Below are positions 21,101 to 28,064 of a stretch of 64,000 bases of DNA, piece after piece. Below the pieces are notes generated by a model. That model ran no database searches. It had not been told where the DNA came from and worked only from the letters and a program-made list of their open reading frames with translations. The position numbers and the translations under genes were made by a program. Every line of letters begins with the position of its first letter. The stretch's first letter is position 1. Source of the stretch: Candidatus Latescibacterota bacterium (GTDB lineage Bacteria > Latescibacterota > UBA2968 > UBA8231); assembly GCA_965248355.1 (NCBI GenBank), contig OZ252098.1, positions 4,352,001 to 4,416,000 on the forward strand. The letters are read 5' to 3'.

Positions 21101-21584
21101 GCTCGTCCAGCTGCGAAGGAGCCGGTGGCTCGGGGAGCGCCGGCAGGCGGTGCGCGTGCACGCGGCCGAGCACGCCGTGGCCGGCTTCGACGATGCGGAT
21201 CAGTTCCGCCACGGCGTCGTGCAGCCCGGCCTCGCTGCTGGCGCCTGCGACCACGGCGTTGCGGCCGTGGCCGAGGGGATCGCGGATCGAGCCCACGAGA
21301 TAGTGGTCGCCGCCCGGAAACAGAGTGTCGGCAAAGCAGCGCCGGGCGTTGTAGAGCCGGGTCACCGCGGCGTTGTTCGCCAGGTGCCCGCAGGCGATGA
21401 CGTGGTGGCCGAAAAAGAGGGCGGTGTCGAACCCGCTGCTGAGGAGGATCGGCGCGCCACAGGCGCCGGCCAGCCGCTGCGCCGCCGGCTCGTCCGCCCA
21501 GGCGTCGGGCACGACGACGACGGTGGGGTCGCTCAGGTCGGTGTCGGGGAAGGAGCGGTCGCGGGGCAGGGAGAGCTCGGGCAT
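18159..21584 (-). CDS. Large protein with heparinase II/III-like (polysaccharide lyase-type) middle domain and C-terminal FG-GAP/PQQ-type beta-propeller
   Basis: CHGHEDTNAI and FHNSVTV resemble heparinase II/III motifs. C-terminal ADIDDDG/ADADGDG/DLNGDG repeats and G-x-E-x-W blade motifs. Alternative TTG start at 21599. Confidence 0.65.
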   Translation of the reverse strand: MPELSLPRDRSFPDTDLSDPTVVVVPDAWADEPAAQRLAGACGAPILLSSGFDTALFFGHHVIACGHLANNAAVTRLYNARRCFADTLFPGGDHYLVGSIRDPLGHGRNAVVAGASSEAGLHDAVAELIRIVEAGHGVLGRVHAHRLPALPEPPAPSQLDELIRRDLSLWQGGWVASPFRGGRLKAYLWNLYLGGHEAWGQLVAAIFAGSLQPWREQRLRHPEEYHDFFHLDQFIHLWELVEDDPVYGPAQRQAVVEMLVELLRHLAGLFYLREDVNPDGLPRQNHVTFIGLNLAAGHDYLSRRYGITEFAAAARRVERIFEGQASGYKPNDDAGVGYVWLTPRHTNDYLLARGDYRFVDGGPVDDLCRLAAVTTDNLRSEVGYGDSSGFSAFESGGWREHLWPLLASLWRTRDPRHLWLLNWLGEGKRPGLNHGLESWHAGVEPAEDGFTLEGVEPELPEELLGVTALDLPEAARRWVEAAVPDGYGPAPGGRWFDKLCLRPGFAPDDEYVLLEGVGTFCHGHEDTNAILRLTWRNRAWLADGDYIRAAPRFHNSVTVLRDGAGVLDPPGDGVVIPPLARLTVERDEQDWGIVQSEAAGYNGLDWRRNLVWRKGRYLAVVDELICREPGDYRCRCLWRVVGDVSGGQDRLRLRQGDAELFLLCADDSAAEIVEDPGGPWGGYAHHRGPLHVVHRKIARRLGAGESILFAHVFTPCGPVEVEPLDAGGLRVRDGAEQATVAFEDGRPEVETRRIAGPAPSTRGPAGLTPSSPPAAPASARRFATYPPLWERRFEVGPAGPVAAAGTGDSVHLLAGGESGDVVKLDAGSGAEVWRVQLDSLASALLWADIDDDGVPEALVGSAASELIVLDGGSGRERWRRPMKNLYGAVSPVTALAVADLEGRGEVSLLGGTAGWFVNVFTPDGAPKWARWMRYHVITALEAADADGDGRAEVIVGTTYSTPLTVHDFDGAFRWSTLEQVGSEGNATTPRRGIHLTRMRLSDLNGDGVREIVYGTEDGWLFAVEPRAGEELWQLNVVGEVAALEVLPGGVVAANGFGDLYCLDRDGTLRRHWHPCEWVRASTRLEDDLVLAAEGGRLLRVTAAGEVVGESWTGGEVRRLAAAGRHLVCVLDDGRMAAHSFG

Positions 21585-21705
21585 GAGCGATTCCGTCAAC
21601 TCAGCGAGGCGGAACGACTTGGCGCCGCGCTCCGTGAGGCGGGTGGGGCGGCAGTCTACGGTGCGGGTCGCTCACTGGCAACCAAGCCTGACGCGGCAGA
21701 AAGCC

Positions 21706-21735
21706 TTGACTGTCGCGACCAGTCTACCCTATCAT
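21706..21735 (+). promoter_or_regulatory. Putative sigma70 promoter for the island operon
   Basis: TTGACT-N18-TATCAT, about 85 nt upstream of ATG 21821. Confidence 0.5.
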
Positions 21736-21820
21736 GCGCACCTCTCGCACGTCGCTGCGGCGAATCCGGTCTGCAGCCCCATGGGGAGGCGTCACTTCAA
21801 TCCCCGACGGAGATCGAGAC

Positions 21821-22474
21821 ATGGCAGGAAGACAGTGTTTCATCTCGCTGCTTTGGATCCTGTGGTTGACGGTGCCCTCGAGAGCAGAGGACGAGCCCAC
21901 AGTCACGGTAGTGCCGGGGCACAACCTCGTTCCGGTCATTGCGACCGACCTGCGATTCCACAGAGACTCCCTGTCGGTGTCGATCGACGATGCCTTCCAG
22001 CCTGTTGGCGCCGTGTCAGTCGAGATCGTTCGCCTTCGAGGACCGGGGGCTTCCGTAGAGACCAAGCTCGTCGTCGACATTCCGAGTGACCCCTTCATCA
22101 CTTCCTTCGAGCTACCCTTGAGAGTCGTCAGTAGCCGCGGAAGCAGCTGGCCGGTCACCTTGCACGTAGAGATCGTGGACGGCGCGCCCAGATCGAGCGA
22201 ATTGCTCGGCGTCTATCCCAATCCCTTCAATCCGGAGACCGAGATCCGGTATTTCATCGGCGGGCAGGACCCAATTGAGGCCAGGCTGTCCATCTACAAC
22301 ATGGTCGGGCAGAGAGTGCGGACCCTGTTGGAGCAGAGCGGCACACCGGGGGTGCACTCCGTCGTCTGGGACGGGACGGACGACCACGGCGGGCGCCTGG
22401 GCGCAGGTGTCTATGAGTGCCAATTGGTGGCTGGGCCGCATGTGACCACGCGCCCGATGTTGCTGCTGAAGTAG
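21821..22474 (+). CDS. Small secreted protein with C-terminal FlgD-Ig/T9SS-like domain
   Basis: Signal peptide MAGRQCFISLLWILWLTVPSRA; VYPNPFNPET...IYNMVGQRVRTL...WDGTDDHG...GVY...RPMLLLK. Confidence 0.8.
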   Translation: MAGRQCFISLLWILWLTVPSRAEDEPTVTVVPGHNLVPVIATDLRFHRDSLSVSIDDAFQPVGAVSVEIVRLRGPGASVETKLVVDIPSDPFITSFELPLRVVSSRGSSWPVTLHVEIVDGAPRSSELLGVYPNPFNPETEIRYFIGGQDPIEARLSIYNMVGQRVRTLLEQSGTPGVHSVVWDGTDDHGGRLGAGVYECQLVAGPHVTTRPMLLLK

Positions 22475-22484
22475 AGATGCCAAG

Positions 22485-23111
22485 ATGGGTGGAGCCCTGC
22501 ACAGACTTGCTGGATGCAGCGTACCCTCGATTCTGCTGACGGTCAGCGTTGTCTGTGGACAAGACGTGACCGTGCAGACGTCAAGCGACGGCGTGGTGCT
22601 CATCGAGATACGTGACCCGGAGCCGTTGTCGGACGAGGACCGGCTTGCCCTTGTGGACGAGCTGTGGGATCAAGGGGAAGCAGAGCGGGCAAGGGGCCTG
22701 CTGTCTGAGCTTCGCGCAGAGGAGGGCGCCCAGATCAGGGGGCAGGTCCTGTACAGGACCGGGCTCTTCGAGCTACAGGCAGGGCGGCCGCATGGCGCCG
22801 AGAGCGCATGGCGAGAGGGTGCCGCCGCCGAGCAAGACGCGGAGGGGGCTGGCTGGTCAGCCTACGGCCTGGCCTGGTTTGAGGCGGGCCGGGGAAAGGC
22901 CCGGGAGGCCTTGGAGCTGTTGGACAGGATTGTGACGAGCGGTGTCAGCGATGTCGAGCTGTTGGCTTGGTCCTATTTTCAACTCGGCCGTGTGCATGAG
23001 CAGATGTTGCGAGATCCGACGAGTGCACAAGTCTACTTCGACAAGGTCATGCAGCTGTATCCGGAGTCGGTTCCCGGTCAGCGCGGCTGCTGGCAGAGAG
23101 TCGCCCCTTGA
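22485..23111 (+). CDS. TPR-like repeat protein, probably exported
   Basis: Helical repeats (VLYRTG, SAYGLA, SYFQLG...YFDKVMQLYPES) and a hydrophobic N-terminus. Confidence 0.7.
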   Translation: MGGALHRLAGCSVPSILLTVSVVCGQDVTVQTSSDGVVLIEIRDPEPLSDEDRLALVDELWDQGEAERARGLLSELRAEEGAQIRGQVLYRTGLFELQAGRPHGAESAWREGAAAEQDAEGAGWSAYGLAWFEAGRGKAREALELLDRIVTSGVSDVELLAWSYFQLGRVHEQMLRDPTSAQVYFDKVMQLYPESVPGQRGCWQRVAP

Positions 23112-24223
23112 CTGTTCTCTGCAGTACACTTGGGAGGCCGTCGATCAATCGTAGAGCAGTCCTGCTACTGGGTGTTGTCGCAACCGTGCTCTCCTGGCAG
23201 GCCGCCGTTGCCAATCCGCCCTACACGGTGTCAGTGGTGGAGATCAAGTTCAACCACAACACGGGCAGTGAGACGGCGGACGGCGTGACGATCAAGACGA
23301 GCGGGGGCAGCACGATCACCTCGCCGGAGTGGACATCCGGTGGCTCCAACAAGCCGGTGGTGTATACGAAGGGCAGTAGCAAGACGATCAAGGTCAAGTT
23401 CAGTTGTACCGAAGATGACGCGCAGGACGTGGCGATCTGGGCAACGAAGACGGGCGGTGACCGTCTTGGCAGTCTCGCAGAGCAGTCGGTTGACTTCACG
23501 GATGGTTACTCTGGACCCGTATCGTATACGATACCGTCGAGCAGCGTGCCCACGGCGGTGAAGAAGAAGGGCACGGTGGAGTGGACGTGGAAGTTCCGGT
23601 ATCCGATCAACCTGACGGCAGAGATCGGCACCACCGGTCCGCATACGATCTACACGACATACGGCGCACCGGTGTCTCCTGAACCGGATCCCCGAGTAAA
23701 CATCGTAGAGTATGCCACTGATTGGGCGGACGGGAAGAGCACGACAAGTACGATTGCGGTAGCGATGATCCAGGGTGTATCGCAGAACTACAAGTACGAC
23801 GGTATCAACTGCATGAGATTGGCTAGTGACTATGTGCGCCTAGTTGGGAGTACGGGAGTCAACAACTGGCTACATTGCTGGGCAGGTATTCCTGACTTGG
23901 ACAGGGAGGTCGGGGATATGTTCTGGCAGGAGACGAGAGTGGTAGATCCAATCGGGCCGGGGAGTGCCAAGAAGTTTGATTTCAGGTACCATGTCTGGGC
24001 CGAGGCCGGCAACAAACAGCGTGATCCGAGTTTCGGGCTATCTCGTGTCGGTTCATGGGGGGGGCACGAGGACTGGCTATTCACGCGGTACCAAAGGTGG
24101 GATGACTTGACATGGCTCGACAATCAGTCTGGACAGAGTTCGGGAGTGGAGGACTACCAGGCTGAGAAGTGCATATACAAGATGATCGCTAACCCCGCAG
24201 TCTGGTTCGGTCCAAATCTTTGA
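23108..24223 (+). CDS. Secreted protein with beta-rich N-terminus and transglutaminase/papain-like Cys-His-Asp domain
   Basis: Signal peptide (RRAVLLLGVVATVLSWQAAVA); NCMRLASDY ... FRYHVWAE ... RDPS triad pattern; TTGA overlap with the upstream gene. Confidence 0.6.
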   Translation: MTVLCSTLGRPSINRRAVLLLGVVATVLSWQAAVANPPYTVSVVEIKFNHNTGSETADGVTIKTSGGSTITSPEWTSGGSNKPVVYTKGSSKTIKVKFSCTEDDAQDVAIWATKTGGDRLGSLAEQSVDFTDGYSGPVSYTIPSSSVPTAVKKKGTVEWTWKFRYPINLTAEIGTTGPHTIYTTYGAPVSPEPDPRVNIVEYATDWADGKSTTSTIAVAMIQGVSQNYKYDGINCMRLASDYVRLVGSTGVNNWLHCWAGIPDLDREVGDMFWQETRVVDPIGPGSAKKFDFRYHVWAEAGNKQRDPSFGLSRVGSWGGHEDWLFTRYQRWDDLTWLDNQSGQSSGVEDYQAEKCIYKMIANPAVWFGPNL

Positions 24224-24242
24224 GAACTGAGGAGATGAGTTA

Positions 24243-25355
24243 TTGACAGATCTTGGTGTTAGATCGATCTTGCTGTTTGTTCCGTCCGTGTTGCTAGCTG
24301 ATGGTGCTGGCACAAGGTGGGACGTGGCCATGATCGAGCAGGCCGACACCTGGGGGCAACTAATACGGAACTATGGTAGTCGGACGCATCCGGATTACTG
24401 GCAAGAGCAGAGACCGATTCTGGAGCAGCTCGCAATGGAACCAGGATCCGAGTGGGCGGATGAGGCAATGATCTGCCTAGCATGCGGACTGGCAGACTTT
24501 GAAGGGGATCTGGATAGCGGCATTGAACTGCTGCGCAGCGGCATAGAGCGCTTCAACAACGAACAGACGGTGATAGAGTCCTGGAATTTCGGGAGGGGAT
24601 GTGAGTTCGATTATGTGTGGATGCTGCACGCAAGCCTGTTGGTTGCCTTTGATGGCGCGAAAATCGACACAAGCAAACCGCTGGACTGGAACGGCTTGGA
24701 GGATCAAGACCGTGAGATCCTGGCCTACCACGAGCATCTCGGGGCGTTTCCAATACTCGCGAGATTGAAGGCGCGACGGATCCTGGCACAGATGTATGCC
24801 CGAGCCGGTCAGACGGATGCGGCTGTTGCCGAGCTGGAGTCCATGATCGCGGAGAACGGACCAGCCGACATAGCCGCACTGGTGGCGAAAGACAAGGAAG
24901 CGGCTGCTGGGCCTCATGGCTACCTCATAAGGCACCTGCCAATCTTCGAATACTCGCCAATCTGGCGCGCCGAGTATGATCCTTACCTCGAACTGGCAAG
25001 GATGCACCAGAAGGCGGGGAGTACAGCGGCAGCGGCCGATGTGTTCAGCAGGCTGGTCTCCGCTATCAGTCCCGACGGTTGGTATTGGCATCAAAACAGG
25101 CGACTCGGAGATATGTACGCCGAATTGGAGAGGTGGCCACAGGCGTTGGCGCAGTACGAGATCGCTGTTGATGGGATTCTCTGGTCCATCCGGGACTGGT
25201 CGAGTCGACGCGAGGAGCTGGCTGTCCTGGGGGAAGTGTCACTGCCCGACGGGGCGGAGTCCTGGGAAGAGGTGGCGAGAGGGTCAGATGTCTATGGCAT
25301 AAGTCTCGAGAGGATGCAAGCCAGAGCCGCGGAGGCGCGATCCAAGGGCCCTTAG
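24243..25355 (+). CDS. TPR-like protein with hydrophobic N-terminus
   Basis: GAGGAG RBS 8 nt before TTG; TPR-like segments LAQMYARAGQTDAAVAELE, LARMHQKAG, LGDMYAELERWPQALAQYE. Confidence 0.7.
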   Translation: MTDLGVRSILLFVPSVLLADGAGTRWDVAMIEQADTWGQLIRNYGSRTHPDYWQEQRPILEQLAMEPGSEWADEAMICLACGLADFEGDLDSGIELLRSGIERFNNEQTVIESWNFGRGCEFDYVWMLHASLLVAFDGAKIDTSKPLDWNGLEDQDREILAYHEHLGAFPILARLKARRILAQMYARAGQTDAAVAELESMIAENGPADIAALVAKDKEAAAGPHGYLIRHLPIFEYSPIWRAEYDPYLELARMHQKAGSTAAAADVFSRLVSAISPDGWYWHQNRRLGDMYAELERWPQALAQYEIAVDGILWSIRDWSSRREELAVLGEVSLPDGAESWEEVARGSDVYGISLERMQARAAEARSKGP

Positions 25356-25394
25356 CTACCTCCGTAGCCTTCGTGGAGGGGAAGGCTACGGAGG
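25331..25394 (+). promoter_or_regulatory. Candidate -1 programmed ribosomal frameshift signal
   Basis: GGAGG (25331-35), 10 nt, G-GGC-CCT (25346-52) immediately before TAG, 6 nt, then a perfect 14-bp stem CCTCCGTAGCCTTC/GAAGGCTACGGAGG (25359-94). Confidence 0.4.
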
Positions 25395-25681
25395 CGGCAC
25401 CGCTGACCTTCCAGTTGAAGCAGAACCAACCCAATCCCTTCAACGGCACGACTTGGATCGACTACTACGTCCCTGCCGGGGGTGCGGTGCAGGTGGAGGT
25501 CTTCAACACGTTGGGCCAGCTGCAGGCACGGCTGGTGAATCAGCACCGCCAGGCGGGGTGGCACAGCGTCGCGTGGGCGGGGGAGAGCCATGGTGGACAC
25601 CCACTCGCCTCGGGCACCTATGTCTACGTCCTGACGGCTCCCGGTGTGCGCCTGGCCCGGCCGATGACGCTGGTGAAGTAG
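25352..25681 (+). CDS. Orphan FlgD-Ig/T9SS-like C-terminal domain in the -1 frame of the upstream TPR gene
   Basis: LATSVAFVEGKATEAAPLTFQLKQNQPNPFNGTT...VFNTLGQ...WAG...ASGTY...RPMTLVK; no signal peptide. The ORF-track GTG (25373) sits in the hairpin loop. Confidence 0.65.
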   Translation, partial: LATSVAFVEGKATEAAPLTFQLKQNQPNPFNGTTWIDYYVPAGGAVQVEVFNTLGQLQARLVNQHRQAGWHSVAWAGESHGGHPLASGTYVYVLTAPGVRLARPMTLVK

Positions 25682-25694
25682 CCCGAAGGAGTGC

Positions 25695-27056
25695 TCAGCA
25701 GCTCCCGGGGCGGTTCGGGCTCGACGCCGGCGAGCACGAAGCCGTCCTCCGTGGTCTCGACGCTGGCGTGCCAGCTCTCCTGACCCTGGTCGAGGGAGGG
25801 GCGCTTGCCCTCGGCGAGCCAGTTGAGCAGCCACAGGTGGCCGGGGGGTCGCGGCTGCGCCAGACCGAGGCCAGCAGCGGCCACAGGTGCTCGCGCCAGC
25901 CGCCGGACTCGAAGGCGGCAAAGCCGCTGCTGTCGCCGTACCCGACCTCGCTGCGCAGGTTGTCGGTGGTGATCGCCGCGAGCCGGCAGAGATCGGCCAC
26001 GGGACCTCCGTCCAGGAATCGGTAGTCGCCGCGGGCCAGCAGGTAGTCGTTGGTGTGGCGCGGCGTGAGCCAGACGTAGCCGACGCCGGCGTCATCGTTG
26101 GGCTTGTACCCGGAGGCCTGGCCTTCGAAGATGCGCTCCACGCGCCGGGCCGCGGCCTCGAACTCGGTGATGCCGTGGCGGCGGGAGAGGTAGTCGTGCC
26201 CCGCCGCCAGGTTGAGGCCGACGAAGGTCACGTGGTTCTGGCGCGGCAGGCCGTCGGGATTGACCTCTTCCCTCAGGTAGAACAAGCCGGCCAGCTGCCG
26301 CAGCAGCTCGACGAGCATCTCCACCACCGCCTCCCGGTGGGCGGGCTCGTAGACCGGGTCGTCCTCGACCAGCTCCCACAGGTGGATGAACTGGTCGAGG
26401 TGGAAGAAGTCGTGATACTCCTCGGGATCACGGAGGCGCTGCTCGCGCCAGGGCTGGATGGAGCCGGCGAAGATGGCCGCCACCAGCCGGCCCCAGGACT
26501 CGTGGCCGCTCAGGTAGTGATTCCAGAGATAGGACTTCAGCCGGCCGCCCCGGAAGGGGGAGGCCACCCAGCCGCCGTCCCAGAGGGCCAGGTCGCGGCG
26601 CACGAGCTCGTCGAGCTCGGAGTCGGCCGGCGGCTCGGGAAGGCCCGGCAGGCGGCGGGCGGAGACGCGGCGAGGAAGGCCGCCGGCGGCCTCGACGATG
26701 CGGATCAGCTCCGCCACCGCGGCGTCCAGTCCGGCCTCGCTGCTGGCCCCGGCCACGACGGCGCCGGGACCGTGTCCGAGAGGATCGCGGATCGAGGTCA
26801 GGAGATAGTGGTCGCCGCCCGGAAACAGGGTGTCGACGAAACAGCGCCGGGCGTTGTAGAGCCAGGCCACGGCGGCGTTGTTCGCCATGTTGCCGCAGGC
26901 GATGACGCGGTGGCCGCGGAAGAGGGCCTGGTCGAAGGCGTTGTGCGGAAGGAGCGGAGCGCCGCAGGCGTCGGCCAGCCGGCGCGCCAGCGGTGCCTCC
27001 TCCCAGCCGTCCGGCACGACGACGACGGTGGGGTCCGATGGAGCGGTGACGTTCAT
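25695..27056 (-). pseudogene. Truncated, frameshifted paralog of the 5' ~40% of the 18159-21584 gene
   Basis: Long near-identical peptide blocks (e.g. EEYHDFFHLDQFIHLWELVEDDPVY, GQASGYKPNDDAGVGYVWLTPRHTNDYLLARGDYRF). Frameshift at the G6 run 25843-25848. Homology ends at ...PPRELL near 25695. Confidence 0.85.
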
Positions 27057-27210
27057 TGAGCCGCTGAAGGTACAGACGCAAGGCGGGAGCGTCTTCGCCT
27101 ACACGATGGAGCCGGGCATTCTGCAATGGCGTGGGTACCAGACTGAACCCTCACTTCTAGTACCTTTCTCAGGGACCAGGTGCACCAGACGCCCGAAGGG
27201 AGGCCGCCCG

Positions 27211-27399
27211 ATGTCCGAGTACTGCCCCCACTGCCGCGCCGTCCGCAACGTCACCGTCGAAGTCGCGCGCCGGCGCGTGACCCTCCCGGACGGAAGCGTC
27301 CGCCCGGTACAGATCCGCAGTTCCCATTGCGGCTCCTGCCGTCAGTTCATCCGCAGCGAGGAGATCGAAGAGACCACAGGCCGGAAGGCGGCCCCGTGA
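27211..27399 (+). CDS. Small zinc-ribbon protein (CxxC...CxxC), 62 aa
   Basis: MSEYCPHCRAVRNVTVE...SHCGSCRQFIRSEEIEE; GGGAGG RBS before ATG 27211. Confidence 0.65.
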   Translation: MSEYCPHCRAVRNVTVEVARRRVTLPDGSVRPVQIRSSHCGSCRQFIRSEEIEETTGRKAAP

Positions 27400-28050
27400 G
27401 CGGCGCGGGCTCAGGCGATCAGCCCCTGCGCGGCAAGGCCGCCGTCGTCACCGGGGCCGGCCGCGGCATCGGCCGCGCCATCGCCCTCGCGTACGCCGAC
27501 GCCGGCGCCGCCGTCTGCTGCACGGCACGAACCCGCGAGCAGATCGAGGATACGGCCGGGTGTATCCGCGGCGCAGGCGGGACCGGGATCGCCGTGGCCG
27601 CCGACGTCACGGATCCCGAGGCCGTGGAGAGCATGCTCGCCGCGGCGGCGGAGGCCCTGGGCGGCGTCGACATCCTGGTGGCCAATGCCGGCGGCGTCCT
27701 CGAGTCGAAGCCGGTCCTGGAGGGCGATCCCGCCGTCTGGGAGGCCACGGTGGCCGTGAACCTCTTCGGCGCTACCACTGCATCCGAGCCGCCATCCCCC
27801 ACCTGAAGCGCCGCGGCGGCGGCAAGATCCTCACCATGGGCTCGGGCATGGGCACAACGGGCTGGCCGGCCACTCGGCCTGTTGCTGCGCCAAGGCCGCC
27901 CTGTGGATGCTGACCCGCGTCAGCGCCCACGAGCTGGTGCCGGGGCCGGTGCGCACGGACGCCACCCGGGACGGCGGCGCGGTCTCCGGCATGGAGAGCG
28001 AGTGGGTGAAGTCCCCGGAAGAGGGGTGCCCGAGTCACCGGGGCCCGATG
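27396..28050 (+). pseudogene. Short-chain dehydrogenase/reductase, disrupted
   Basis: VTGAGRGIG, VAADVTD, ILVANAG; frameshifts near 27772 and 27852. The YxxxK site reads CCCAK, and the segment usually found between AHEL and PGPV is missing. Confidence 0.8.
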
Positions 28051-28064
28051 CGGTGATCGCCGCA

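Noticed and set aside
16557..21869. Very long ORFs such as 16557-21869(+), 3186-6662(+), 33785-37615(-), 37850-41122(+) and 55270-58434(+)
   Set aside because: Shadow or antisense frames of recognisable genes. They are R/G/P/A-rich with no motifs, as expected at about 70% GC.
20193..27035. Duplicated region as a DGR template/variable repeat pair
   Set aside because: It is too long (about 1.3 kb), the differences are not adenine-specific by eye, and no reverse transcriptase is present.
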